A stretch of 64,000 nucleotides of DNA from Takakia lepidozioides (taxonomy: Eukaryota > Plantae > Bryophyta), in the NCBI GenBank assembly GCA_030704615.1, contig CM060733.1, positions 28,768,001-28,832,000 on the forward strand, in the 5' to 3' direction. The first letter of the stretch is position 1. Each line of letters opens with the position of its first letter. The notes below the pieces were generated by a model. The model did no database searches. It had not been told where the DNA came from and saw only the letters and a program-made list of their open reading frames with translations. Shown here one piece after another: positions 38,214 to 51,900 of this stretch. Position numbers and translations under genes: made by a program.

Positions 38214-41200
38214 CTACAGAAAGAAAAGGGTAAAAGCAGCAACCATCGAAACCAGCAGAGGCGCGCCCACTCTGAATGTAGCTGAACTTCTGTTTGGTAG
38301 AGTCGGATAGTCCTGAGGATCAGGAAGCACACAATCATCCCCATTGAAGTAGACACGACGGGGAAAAGCCCACCCATCGCTGAATGTAAATGATGAATCC
38401 TTCCTGAACAGTAGTTCAGACTGAACATTTCCATCTCGGCCGGCGTGCATGAGCCAGTCATTGTAATACTTTATACCCCAGAAAACAGCCGAATCATCTG
38501 CACCAACAAACAAAATTACAGATGTCCAAATATAATCAGCTCTAGCGGTTGAAGATTCTTATTTCAGCCATCCAGTCGTACACTTACATATTCATCTCCT
38601 CCTAATCAACATAACACCTGGCTTTGCTGAAATATCTTGAGGTGCTCAAAATGTGAGTACGTACAGACGAAATGACTTGTCTACTCCATGTTGTGGCCTA
38701 CAAGCAAACTGCACGCGCTAGCCGTTGGTGCATGGTCCCAGATCAAAATGTTTTTTATTTTGCTTTGCAGAAAATTTTGGCACTCCTGTGATGCCTGTGT
38801 GCAAATGCATATTATACATTTCAGTTATAATTGCACACAAAAGAATTGAATGACTGCAACTAGCTTTTCGGCCCTAGATTTCCTTCAAAGTAGACTTTTA
38901 TCAAAGATTACTAACTCAGGTGCTTCCGGCTTTACGATTTTAGGAAAAGTAGGACACTCACTTCTGTGTGACCCGTATGGATGCAATAGCTTGTAGCTGA
39001 AGCTGAAAGCCTCTGTGAAGTTGTCAAAGTTTGGGTGCTGAAGTGCTAGAGTCCACCGTGTGAAATTTCGGGACAAGTCACGATTTGTGATGGTGACTTT
39101 GACTCGCCAATACTCCTTATAATTAGTCTTAACATGCCAGTGAATTTTCACAGGACACATATCCCTGGTACAAAACATTGTATCAGGCTGGTTGACATCT
39201 CCGGTGCTTATAGCAGGAATATGAGAATACCGCGTTCTCCTGCAATCCATCTTTCCATTGTGTTAGTACGCAAAGACATTAGCCACACAGTGAGGATCTA
39301 GCTAGCTCGAGTGTCTTAGGTTTAAAGTATAATGAGATGTAACATGCTGAAGTCTTGTCTTAGACTACAAACAACTTTCCAAGAAGTTTGAAATTGTTTG
39401 CAGTCCCTTATTTGAAGAATGTGCAAGCGTGGTGCTTGGCATAGCTAGGCCACTTTCAACATACTACACTCCCAAGGTGCTAGCTGACTGAATTTGGGAG
39501 CTCCCCAAAATTAGTGTTGTTTCGACTTAAGCCCCCTGATACATTTAAGTCTTCCATAAATATTTGCACTCTAAGCACACTGACCAGTTAAAACGAAATT
39601 GGCTACTGTGTTTTGTTGAACGTGAACAAAAATGATAAAAAAGTGAAGGCTAGAGGATCTCTCATCTGTTTGGAACAAGAAATCATTGAGGCCGGGCTCT
39701 TACGGATCCAAGCAGGCCTCTAAGTTGGAATCGGCAGTTCTCAAAGCTGTTGAGGTAGATGCACAGGCGCATGCACATTCCGCGCAAGGGATAATGGTGT
39801 CGTTGTAGAAGGTTGACAAGGACACACAGCATGTTGGTGCCTTCTGCGCCAAGTACTGGGAATAGGTGCATGTAACATTCCAAGTCACTGCACCCGTGAA
39901 GCAAATACAGTTCACACACGTTCTTAACCTCTTATCTGATTTTGCTGACAGCTACCTGCAGTGGACGGACTAACATTCCTAATCTTGAGGATAGATGTCA
40001 GGCATGCTGCTACTCCCAGGACATTGCACGCTTTTGGATATACCACGGGGATAAGAGCCACCAGTGGCCGAGCACATAACAAGATCCATAATGCAACGGA
40101 TGAACAACAACTTTTCTTTTCCGCGGATTTAATTTGTCTAACTCACTGAATGAAGATTGTGGTACATGTCGATCATCCCTTCAGCGCATGCACTGTGTCA
40201 GAAGATAGAAAGAGACAGAATACATTTCTCAGCATATAATTACTCGAACCCCGTTTAGATTGGACAAGGAGAGGGAACGCACTGAAAGCTTGGGTGAATC
40301 TTCTCCCGTCTTCCGAAGGAAACAAGCTTGCCTTCACCTTCATAGCAGGTCCGCAGGTGTATCCAGGTCCAGGCGGCGCTCGAAGCGTGAAATTCTTCGG
40401 TAAGACAACTGTGGTGTTTGTGTTCCCTGACTTCCCCACCTTTATCTGGAAAGCAGAGAGTGCAGTCGCAGGATCTTGAGCATAGGAAGATAGCACCCCA
40501 CCTCGACAGCAGTTTGCAACTTGTTGAGTATAAGAAACATCTGGAAGCAGATCTTCAACAGCCGGATTGGGAGCACAACAGTGTGGTACAGGTGAAACGT
40601 GAAATTGAGAGCAGTCGCTCTGGAACGTAGTTTGTGCTCCAACCATGGTCCAGATAACCTCCTTCCTTGCCCAATGCCAGCCAACTGTCCAGCCAGGGGC
40701 GGAAATATGTCGATATTTTTGCCAGTTGAATATTGTAACCATAGCCTGCACGGGATCAGTGTCCATCGATCATCAGTACAGTTGCTTATCATCTCACTTG
40801 CTCTGGAAAATTTAACAGCATTTTTAGCGAAAACAGTTGACCACCTTCCCAAGAGGAGGTGGCGGATCAGACATTCCATGCATCTTCAATTTTGACAAAG
40901 GTTTTTTATCTACTTTCTTCCTTTGACACCTTTAGGACCAGCCATATTTCAGACGTGCGGCTTCATTACTCTGAAAAATGAAAGTGCTCACTGTCCAATA
41001 GAACGTAGAGAAAAGAATTTGTACAATGTAGCCATCGTCAGTCCATTCCGTGATATCCCACTTGATGGTAATATTCCCATTTGGATCCAAAAGATCAAAA
41101 GCCTCTGCACATGCGCAAAGTTGGCACAGGATAGATGAGTTTTAGATTTGAAGTGAGCAACCACAAAATCAAATGGAATGATAAGATTTGGAGAGACTCA

Positions 41201-41364
41201 GCCTAGAAGACTATATGTTCCTCAAGCCTTCTGGGAATTACAACATTTTAAATAGACTCCTCAACATGGCCAATGACCCGAATCGCAACAGCACCTGCAT
41301 TCTGGAAAGCAAATAAGAGGATGACCGCTGCTGCAAAGCTGTTCAAACACCAGCACTTCTTCAT
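38214..41364 (-). CDS. COBL: COBRA-like GPI-anchored cell-wall protein, about 6 exons
   Basis: Signal peptide, DLLDPNGNITIKWDI, YRHISAPGWTVGWHWARKEVIW, NCCRGGV, TWNVTCTYSQ...PTCCVSLSTFYN (CCVS motif), HWHVKTNYKEYWRVK, GWAFPRRVYFNGDDC and a hydrophobic C-terminal tail. Confidence 0.93.
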
Positions 41365-42082
41365 ATTCGTTTGACGCTCTTATCCACGTGTAGATTCATC
41401 AGATTTCATGATGACATATTGGTTACCACAATATTAATCACCGGCACCACTTGTGCTGCCTCCCAAAGCCTGTAACCTCCATGATTCGGATGCCAGTTAT
41501 TACTGGAGCATGCAGCATTGACTAAAAAGGAGAAATGCGCCGCGTCCCGATCGGACAATGCCTCTATCTACAAACCGAGACTCATCCCAACGCAAATACT
41601 TACGATTGTTGACAGTATAATATCTAACGCTTTGAACGACAGAGACACGCAGACGCAAGTGCTAAAACTATTACCACAAGAACAAAGAACAGAATAATCA
41701 CCGCTGCCTGTAAGTTCTTGCCCCGCCGCCATTACCACTCCGTGTTAGCATGCAGCAAGAACAACTTTAGAGAGAACTTAGAAGCTCCTTGGCGGGCAGA
41801 AGAGAATAGAAGCGACCGTAGCCCACGTGTCTCTCCCCTGATGGCCATACACAGTTCAAATTTCGAATTGGCGACACTCGTGGAGAATTTCATTCATGTT
41901 TCTGTAGTAATATTATCCGTAAGACGGCCATTCAACTGTTCATCGCTTTTTCTCTCTGTGACTAGTCTTTTCAATGCTTTTGGTTTAAAGGGAAACCTTG
42001 AGCTCTACATATATTTAAAATATAGAGGATGCTGTGAAGAGGCTCTAAGAAGCTGGTTGCACTGATTGGAGATCCAGCAGTG

Positions 42083-45000
42083 TCAACAGTTGCGAGCAGT
42101 GCCCAGAATGTGAGGTGCAATTAGAGAAGCTCCTTGCACGATCACTCTTTGAATGTCCATGTCTGCAAAATTGGCGGCCTCGATGAAGCTCAGTGTATCC
42201 CGCGTTAGATGGCACCCATCGGCTACCAGCTGCTGTACAGGATCCAGCAGATTTTGCCAAAACCTCAATGCACTGCCCTCTGTCAAACCAACAACAATCT
42301 GGTAAAGATATCATGCAGATGTTGATTCCATCACTGCTCTAGCCCCCAATCTGCCACATATGTGGGACTGCCAATATCACAAGATCACCGTGCAGAGCAG
42401 CCAGAGACCAACAGAGACTCAGAAAGGGAGAGAGGTAAAACAAAGAGATCCCATTGCATGTAATGAAATTCAGCATGGCAGGCATACCAGGTGCAGACAC
42501 GTGCTCAACAAATAAAAATATGCCTCCTGGCTTCAGCACCCTTTGCATCTCTGCAAGACAGCTTGTAAGTTCATGTGAATGAAATTTGCATTGCACTTAT
42601 CCCTACTGATCCTCTTCACTCTTAGAGCTCAAAGAACAAGTGCCATTCAGCTACTGGCGAGGTATTACCTCACGAAATTGGATTCATAGAGATTTCAAGT
42701 CTCAGGGAAATTGGCCAACAAAAATGCTCAAGTCACTTTGCCACTGACTATATTCCCTATCCTTCTGGTCAAAACCAACCTTTTAGGAAAAGAAAATAAT
42801 TGAGGATGATGGAAGTACACAACTTGAGTTGCTCAAAAGATGTCGGTGGCCTGAGGAGGACAGAGTACCTTTTAGGGTCGAAGAGATGTCAGAGACGGAG
42901 CACAAAACCAGTGTGCTAACCACCGCATCCACACTCGAGTCACGAACTGGTAGCTTCTCCCCTACCTGTGAACCGCTCGCCAACTTGTATTATCTACTCC
43001 CTCTCTCAAAAGAGGAAAATTGACTTTGCCCGGAAGCAGTGGGTCTTACATTGGTTCTGGCCTTCCCAGATTTTCCTAGAGAGCTCTCAACTCCAGCATC
43101 AGTTTGATACGATTACTAGAGTTTGGACCCAAGGCTTGTCGATCTGGGGAAAAAAGAGGTGCAGTGACAGGCCGTTTGATACGTTTGAGGGGGGACTCTT
43201 GTTGGGCAGGTATCCATTACAAGTGCAGCAGAAAACATTCACAAGAGTCCATGTCCTGGCTTCAGACCAAACATGCAGATCCCCTGTTTCCCAGCTGGTT
43301 CACTTACATACTCCTAGAAATTCAGCTTGAAAGATTTGTGGTCATGTCGCTCTTTGAGAGCACAGACAGCAACAACAATACTGCTGGCTAGCAAGGAGTT
43401 CAGTCTCTGATACCAGTCATTTTGCTGAATTCAGTGCTACTGCCATCCAGGGTCGGTTACTTGAGACCCCCAAAATGAGCACTACCAGCACTTAATTGTG
43501 ACTCTTTTAGTAACTTGACCTTGTCTGCTCACATGCAACGAGTTTGCACAAGTGCTTCCACTGTCTCTTTCAATCCAAAGAAGCCTTGTTGGTGAATGTC
43601 TCTATTTGTCCAACTGTACATAGTGAGACCCATCTCCAGAATCTGAGCATTACATGTGTCCGAAGGTCCATTCACCGAAAGTGAAGATAAGAAAGAGAAA
43701 AAGAAAGAAACTTCATAATGTCCATGGGAAGCACCAGGTAATTGGCACAAGGTAGAACAACACATTAAAACTACGGAGAGAGGTTATGGATGTACCGCAT
43801 GCACAAATTCAAACTGAGAAGGAGTTAAGCCAACAGAAGCAGCAGCAGCTCCAGCAAATCTGGCCATGTGTTCATTGGGATCAACCCCTATCACCTTCTT
43901 GATATGAGGGCGCCTCCCATAGAAAGACAAGTTGGGGCCGGTGCCTATGCCAATCTCCATCACTGTTGTAACACTGTCATCCAGGTGTCTGAACAGCTGC
44001 TGCTTGTAGCCTGCCATCTTCCCCCTGCCAGAATGCTGTTAAGAAGAGAGTGGATAGAGATGCAAATTTCAACACCTAACCCTTCACTATCCCCAATATT
44101 TATGGAGAATGTTTGTCATGGGTAAGTAACGATCACGTGCAAAACTGCCCTACCTTTCTCCCATCCAGCAGCATCCTGGTTGCAGACTGAGTTATAAACT
44201 CACTACTCTCAGACACGACAGTGACATTCAGCAGTACGAAGTGATGACATTCAGCCGCATGCACACACAGATATTTGGTGAGGGGAAGGGCAGGTGGAAA
44301 AGAAGGAAGAATGTAAGAACGCAAACTGGTTCATACTTGCACAAAGATTAGGTTAGATTTCACCTGGGCTTCATATGGGCGCATGCTGGTGTCCACGACT
44401 TGGGCATAAAACTCCTCGTACCAGCCTGGCCTTGCTGGGTGCACTGCCTCCAGCATTGCCTGCCACACATCATACCTTTTAGAACCCATTCCATTGCATA
44501 ACAAAAATAGGTGAGTGACAGGGTATTGAGTGCTTGAGATACGAGCGGGTGTAGACATCGTCCAAGGAAAAAAAAGAGCCTGTATAACGTCTGGAAAGAG
44601 AGGGATTACAGTGGGATCCATGTCCTTGACGGCATATGCAGCCTGTGTCTCCTTATCTCGTACCCCACTGACAAGGGTCCCTCCCAGTGAAGCAAGCAAG
44701 CTCCGACGGCTACAGCTGTGGCACCCACACCAGTTTTTTCTTCCTATCTTGTCACCCCCTCTTGTATGTTGAGGCAAGCCTTCCTCCTCTGTTTCAGCCA
44801 GTAAAGCTCAAAACTTTCAGCACAACAATGCCCGTGATGACAGTTGAATGCAGTTCATTTGATGATCATCTAAGGTGCCATCACCTAGGCCAGTTATTGT
44901 TATCAATACAGGCTAGGCGTTTCTTGTGGCAACTACCAGAGGAGGAGGCATCTTCACCAAACCTGAATAATTAAGGCAACAGTGTCCATATATGGCTCTA

Positions 45001-45695
45001 TGGGGGTTCGGTGTGAAGATGAATCCGACTCAATCTAGTTATTTGGAAAGCTCTCAACAGATGCCACAAGCGGCCCGAGACCATTTTCGAAAATCCAAGC
45101 AACCTTCACGAGAGTTTGAATTGTTTCAGCGAAATGCACACACCATCGGATAAGCTGTAGTAGTAGCTTTACAAAATCAATCAAAACAATTTATATAAAT
45201 AGACGCATACCCAATGTCTTCACAAGAAATGTACACCACTAATCTGTTCTAGCCTCGAGATCAGAACCCAGACTTAAAACATTGCAAGCCAACTGACATC
45301 GGACCAACATGCAGGAACGTGACATTTAGATACTTTTGGTCCGGCCAACCCTGCCAAAGGTGCCAAAAAAACTAATAGTTGTCAATAACTATCAACTCAC
45401 CAGATTTCAAAGAGGCAAGGAGAATCATATCCCTCCTTTTGCAAACCTTCATCTCCATGAGGTACTCGCATAAGGTCCTCAGTCGACTTGCCTTCATCGA
45501 CCGAACATTGATAGACTTTGCAGCAGCTGCTGGACGAAGACAAGCCCATGACAGCAAATCCCCAGAGAAAGGTAACGCATCTGGAGAAAAGACAACATAA
45601 TTTGATGGCATGAACGGGGAAGTGAACCGAGAATGCATGCAGCTCAACGGAACATAGTCGGCCGAAGCTCCCCAGCTGAAGCCCAGGGCAGCCAT
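42083..45695 (-). CDS. Class I SAM-dependent methyltransferase (METTL7/Methyltransf_11-like), probably plastid-targeted
   Basis: WYEEFYAQV, VMEIGIGTGPNL (motif I), GVDPN, GEKLPVRDSSVDAVVSTLVLCSV, RVLKPGGIFLFVEHV and DGCHLTR. The N-terminal exon and start are uncertain. Confidence 0.85.
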
Positions 45696-46630
45696 AGCCG
45701 AACTCTAAGTAGACTGTCTGAAATCCCCCGCCCCCTGAATCACCTCTATAAAATCCTGTCTTTCGTCACCTACTGGAAAATGTCTCCGTTAGTGTCGTTT
45801 CTTAACGGAGAGTCAACGGTCTGAGGATTCTATCCATCCATCTGTTGGATGAAGTGATATTGCTAACCAGTTGTAGTCACCGCATGCATGCACCGTATGT
45901 AGTTTATTATTGGTGAGAGGCAGGAATGATTATGGTGCCACGCTTCTATGGAAGATCTGTTTCTGGCTGTTTCTATTTCTCCAGCTACATAGCATTTGAT
46001 GAACCTCGGCCGTCTACCTCTCTCTCTTTCGGTTAAGAGCTTGTTACTTAAGGTCCCTGCAATGTTCTTTCTTGCAACCTGTTTCTTTTGTCCCGTAAGC
46101 TCTTTGAGATTTCCAGGGATGTTATGAACTAACTATATATCTCTCTCTCACGGCGCAGTGGTATATCTGTCGTCGAATGGGGGGCTGGGGGCCTGCAGCA
46201 GCAGTGCTGGAAACAACACCGTCTGAATTAGGAGCGAAGTAGCTGCATGATGTCTACACACCCATCCCCTACCTGAGACATGAGCAATTAAAATCCAGGT
46301 GCAGCTCTTCAGTTCTTTGAGGGTTGATCATAGTCATTCCACAGAGACTACATGCTCTTGAGGATATGTCATAGCAGTGCTATGACATGCATTTTTTGGT
46401 CGATTCGTTACTCAATTTTTCCTAGGACCGATTGCAATAAAACAACATGCATGCATCAATCATATCAACTCCATATCAATCCACGGTTCAATTCAATATA
46501 ATAGTTTCAAACTACATCTCAATCTGATGATATACATGTTCTGACCAGCGACAAACTAAGTTAACTTTAGCCTTAGAACTATTCCTAACTGTAAATAATG
46601 AATTATGAAGTGCACGCAGATCATTTTCCT

Positions 46631-47221
46631 TCAGCACATGGGTGTTGTGCGCTGAACAAAGTCCCAAACACTGTCGAAGCCACGGAGCCTCATCTTCATT
46701 ATTTTGTGAGGTGCATCATAACCCTCAGGTGGGCTAGAATCAATAATCAAGTTTTTCACCATTCGTGGGTCGATGTAAGAAAGCAGATCCTCAAATTCGT
46801 CAAGTGAGATATTCCCTGCCCACTCTATTGTTTCTCCCATGTAGCCCCTGCACGAGTAAATCTTGCAGATGTTTAAGATGAGATTATCAACTACGCCAAG
46901 GTGTATATGCAAAAGTATGGACGCCACTTGTTGCGGTCGATCCATAGTGTATGGGTCCCACAGATTTTGAAGCTCCACTTTCATGGTCTTGGATCTCTGA
47001 TCATATGTCCAACAATCGGCCCAATCATCGAATGTTGCCTTTAGAATTTCCTCTTGGATATCTTGATGTTGGTCTCGCAGGCTCTCCAGTGAACCCACTG
47101 CTGCTTCGTCTTTTCTGTTTCTCTCTGTCTTCGCCATCTTCTCCATCTTCTCCATCTTCTTACGCTGTACTTTTGCTTCTCTCTTTAGTTGTCTCTTCGA
47201 TTTCATAATCATGCTTTGCAT
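46631..47221 (-). CDS. Intronless 196-aa ORF of unknown function
   Basis: Open frame with a basic/coiled-coil N-terminus and a globular-looking C-terminal half. No recognised family. Confidence 0.35.
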   Translation of the reverse strand: MQSMIMKSKRQLKREAKVQRKKMEKMEKMAKTERNRKDEAAVGSLESLRDQHQDIQEEILKATFDDWADCWTYDQRSKTMKVELQNLWDPYTMDRPQQVASILLHIHLGVVDNLILNICKIYSCRGYMGETIEWAGNISLDEFEDLLSYIDPRMVKNLIIDSSPPEGYDAPHKIMKMRLRGFDSVWDFVQRTTPMC

Positions 47222-47870
47222 TTGGCTTGTGATTAGCAGAGGGTTGGCAACTTGTTTTCAGATCCCGAGCCGCACAAATTGACAAACAAGCCAAGTAACA
47301 CCTTAACACAAGCTGATCTGAGCGATCGACCAAAGCTGATCTCAAGCTGCAGAATATTAGAACAAATGATTTGAAGACACAAGCTGAGCTCACTAATCGC
47401 CAAAGCTCTAGTCAAGCTGCGAACAAGTGATTGTGAAGACTCGCGCACAATCTCATTATGTATCCTCTCGGACAAAAAAGTAAAATCTCCACACTGAAAA
47501 AGAAAACTATTTGGGCTGATCTCCATCTCGGACAAAAGCAGCGCTCCTTCGAAAAGCTTGCTATGTTTAGAGACGCTCCTTCAAAGGCTTCCTGCCAAAG
47601 TTTGGTTCCCATGTTTTCGAAGATCTATAACCGTTCTCACAAATGTTCCCCAGGTGATTTCTGTATGTTTCATTTACGTTAAGTTTCAGATTGTTCATCC
47701 ATTTTGAATGTCACTTGCTAAGAAAAAGTTAAGGATATAAAGCTAAGGATAAAGTGAATTTACAGATATAGTGCGTTAAAAAGTAAAGTCTCGTTTAGTA
47801 GTTAGGTGGTAGTTAGTACTTTAGTACGTTATTATTAGTAGGTATTTTGAGGGCGAGTCCTTGTGATGCC

Positions 47871-47978
47871 TGATTCCGGCGCTATGGGTTTGTTCCCCTT
47901 CCTCTACCGGACTTGACCCTATCTTGATTCCGGCGCTATGGGTTTGTTCCCCTTCCTCTACCGGACTTGACCCTATCT
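47871..47978. repeat. Perfect 54-bp tandem duplication inside the candidate LTR
   Basis: tgattccggcgctatggg...cttgaccctatct at 47871-47924 and 47925-47978. Confidence 0.95.
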
Positions 47979-50900
47979 GGGAATGTAGTCAGTAGAAGGG
48001 CATGGCAGAGAAGACGGAATCTTTCCAAGAGGACGTCACACACCCGTACCTCCAACACTTTCATCCAACCACACCGTTACACCCAACGTACGCTTGCGTA
48101 AGACTCAAAAGCCACCACCCTCACTGCCACGGCAGTGAGGCTTAAATAGCATTAGGTCATAATCTAATCTTAGTGCCATGTGGCACTTACACATAGGTTC
48201 GCTAGATGTCTTTTCAGCATAGCCATAGAAAGAAGCCAGATCACCTAGTCCCATCCTAATCTGATCCTAAACTAGCTGTTAGAATAAGACAGCCCTTAAT
48301 AAAGCCATCAGCTATTGCCAGCTCAAAGAAAGGAAGCCTAGCCAAAACAAGCTACACACCCGGCGCACAAGGGATGAAAAAACCTAGGGAAGAAAACCTC
48401 ACCCTGCAAGCTGGGTGGAGGACAAAACATCCCATAGGAAAAACCCCAAGTGCTACAAATGGTGTAGAAAACTAGCACGAAATTCAAACACTACTCTAAA
48501 GAAGAGGCTGGCAGATTGCAAGCTGTCCGAGCTGTGGGAGTGAAGATCACCTGACGGTTCTCAACATTCAAACAGGTTAGATCAAAAGTAAGAGTGCATA
48601 GAACAAGTAATGAAACATGAATGGAGCTAGCTAAGTGAAGAGTCAAGGCATGTTATGGGAGCAAGACATACTGCCTGCCAGGAAGAATATAAGAGATAAG
48701 GTAAGGGCCATCAATGCGTTGTTTAGCCTTGGAATTCTACTTACCAGGCTGGAGTTTCACACAAACAGACTGGCCTACCTTGAAGGACTCAGAATATACA
48801 ACACGGCAGTTGTAATTCTTTGCCTGAGCAGCTTGAGCAAACACAATGTTAGATTTGGCAGTCTCCCTCAAACGACGCCGTTGCGCATCCATGAAAAGCA
48901 AGAAGGTTTCCCAATTCTCAGGCTCAGTAGCCGAGACCTGCAGCCAGGAAATATGCAAAGGGGTCCTACATTTTCTACCATATAAAAGTTCAAAAGGTGA
49001 GATTTTGGTACTGGCATGGATAGAGGTCCTGTGTCAAAGAGCAGAATAGGCACAACAATATCCCATTCATCAATGAGTGTCCCATTCTTCTCGAGCATCT
49101 GGCATATAGTTTTGTCAAATCGTTCTGTCAAAGCATTGCATTGGGGATTGTAGGGAGCAGTAACGGCATGCTTAGTGTTGAGATTAAACAAGACAATCTC
49201 CATAAGTTGGTTGCAGAACTTTGTACCTTGATCCGTGAGGATTTCGAGAGGGCAACCATGATGAAGAATCACCTTATCAAAGAAGAATTGCACCACCTCA
49301 TCACTATCCTTAGTAACCAGAGATCGGAGCTCAACCCATTTCGTCAGGTAGTCCGTTGCAACCGCAAGGTATGCATGGCCCTTGGACGTGGATTTAAGGG
49401 GTCCGACTAGATCTAAGCCAACCCTGGCAAATGGTTCAGTCACCGGGATAGGCTGTAAAGACAAGGGAGCATCGGTTCTAGGTAGGATGGTCTTAGCATG
49501 ATAGGGCACACACCTTGCAATGAAAACTGAGACATCTTTAACTAAGCATTTCCAGTGATACTGCTCCTTTAATCTCTTGACAGTTTTAGCAACCCCCAAA
49601 TGACCAGCATAAGTAGAAGCATGGTATAATTCAAGTAAAGTAGGGACAGCGGACCTAGAAGGGACTTCCACAGCAGAGGTACCTTCCAAAGCAGTGACTC
49701 TGAACAATCTCCCTTCACTTTTCCCGGTGGCTGGGTAAGTGATAGTTGACTTGCCTCATGAGAAGCTTGGATATGCCACTAAGGTAAGGAAGAGTACCAA
49801 ACTAAGCTACAGGATACCAGACCAAAATTCATGCCAATACCAGGGGAAGTTCAGCCAACATCAAACTGTAGAAGATCCGAAGTATCAAGTAAATCTGGAG
49901 GAACATAAGGATAATCCAACAAATGACACAAGGCATATGGGTCTAAAACAGGTACAGTAGGTGAGGGAGATCGTTCAGCAGGGGAGACAAGATCACTTAA
50001 GGTAGTGTAGGGGGCAGGTATTTTGGATTCGCCTCTAGTCAGAGCATCTGCAATAACATTGTCATTCCCACGCTTGTATGAGATGGTGAAGTCATAGCCT
50101 TGCAAGATTAGAGCCCATCTAGCTAACCTGCCAGTGAGTTCATGAGGAGTTAGCAAGGCTTTTAAAGGGAGATGGTCAGTTTCAACGGTAAAAATGATAG
50201 CCATGCAAATACTGCCTAAAATATTTGACGCCAAAAATAACGGCAAGGCCTTCCTTGTCAGTGATGGAGTAATTGCGTTCATGTTTATCAAGGCGGCGAG
50301 AGGCGTAGGCGATGGCATGCTCCTGACCATCTTGAATCTGGCTTAACACAGCAGAGATAGCGAGATCACTGGCATCAGTTTGCAAGAGAAATGGCAAGGT
50401 AAAATCAGCACAGGAGCAGAGGTAAGTGCAATTTTGAGCTTCTCAAATGCTGACGTTTCTGCAGTACCCCAGACAAAACGAGCATCCTTGGATAACAAGC
50501 GAGTGAGGGGAGCAGCTAACTTGGCAAACTAAATGAAGCGGCGATAGTAAGAACCCAAGCCTAAGAAGGCTTTAACGCATGTTCTAGTCCGAGGGGCTGG
50601 ATAGTTCCACACAGCTTGGATCTTGGCAGGGTCGGGACTGACGCCAGCAGCAGAAAGCAGATGGCCCAAGAAATGGAGCTGTTCCATACAGAAATCACAC
50701 TTCTTGGCCTTAACCTTAAGCCTAGCGGCACGAAGCCTGCACACAACCCGCTGTAAATCCAACAGATGAGCATCAAACGTAGTAGAGTAAATGTTGATGT
50801 CATCGATGTAAACCAGGGCACATTCCCAACGAAGGTTTCCTAAAACGATATCCATGAGGCGCTGAAATGTGGCAGTGGCATTGCAAAGGCCAAAAGGCAT

Positions 50901-51579
50901 GGTTTCAAATTGAAAGAAGCCCATCTTGCACGTGAAGGCAGTTTTCTCTTTAGCAGCAGCAGTTAAAGGAACTTGCCAAAAGCCAGAGGCTAAATCTAAG
51001 GAAGAGAAGATAGTGGCCCTATTAAGTTGATCTAGCATTTCATTCATGCGTGACGAAGGGTAAACATCCCTCTTAGTGATGGCATTTAAACGCTGAAAAT
51101 CAACGCAAAAGCGGGTTGAGCCATCCTTTTTAGCCACCAATACAATGGGACTGGCCCAAGGAGATATGGAGGGGGTAATGACACCAGCATCAAGCATTTT
51201 TGTAATCTCATCCTGAATGACCTTGCGCTCACGTACACTCTCCCTGTAGGCATGTTGTTTGATAGGCTTACCATCCGTGATGATGTCATGATCCAGAAAG
51301 GTTGTACGGCCCAAGTCATGAAGCCCTTGATTAAAGATATCGAGGTTGGCACGTAGAAACTGGTGCAGGCGACTAATCTGTTGGGGAGCGGTGATCACCC
51401 ACCTTGATATCCTTTAATACTTGCTGGAAATGTTGCTATGCCTCCGGAGTAAGCGGGCCTTTGTCAGTGGGACCAGAGTGAGAGGCAAAGGCCTGGAGTT
51501 GGTCCACAGGGGAGTCCACCAGCCCAATATCATGAAGACTGAGACCTGAACAGAGGTCAGCTCAAACAAAGGAGTAGCA

Positions 51580-51900
51580 GTAAGTCTAGCAAGGACCTGA
51601 CCCTTACGTATACAGATGCTGATGCGTTCAGGATTAGCAAGAAGTAACCGGACCTCGCCTTTGAAACCTCAGTCTAAAACCCCAGAAGCAATCAGACAGT
51701 GCTTTTGGAGGGTAAGTTTCTTCCAACCCTCAATCTCAAGGAAATGACCTGCAGGGCAAGCAAAAGCTAGACCTGTAGGTATTATGCGCTGAGAAAAAGC
51801 AAGGATGATGAAGTCAACAGGAGAACGTAGCAAAAGAGAGTTCTTTGCCACGGGCAGTGGAGGTCCAGACTTCTTACCTGGTGGAGGGAAATGCCATTGA
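51580..51900 (-). pseudogene. dUTPase-like domain between PR and RT
   Basis: LRSPVDFII...IIPTGLAFACPAGHFLEIEG...IASGVLD*GFKGEVRLLLAN...IRKGQVLARL follows the trimeric dUTPase pattern (motif III GVIDxDYxG, motif IV KGxxIAQL). Confidence 0.75.

Noticed and set aside
43040-43330. Possible distant LINE relic and a 10-bp inverted repeat in a methyltransferase intron
   Set aside because: Similarity to the OSC-intron LINE is too weak to support by eye.
1900-45695. Triterpene biosynthetic cluster (OSC + glycosyltransferase + methyltransferase)
   Set aside because: The GT is a GT8 cell-wall enzyme rather than a family-1 UGT. There is no P450 or acyltransferase, the methyltransferase is 35 kb away, and the OSC looks broken.
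48119-48140. Perfect hairpin cctcactgcc-ac-ggcagtgagg
   Set aside because: It is real but isolated in a retroelement 3' region, with no second copy or context to assign a function.
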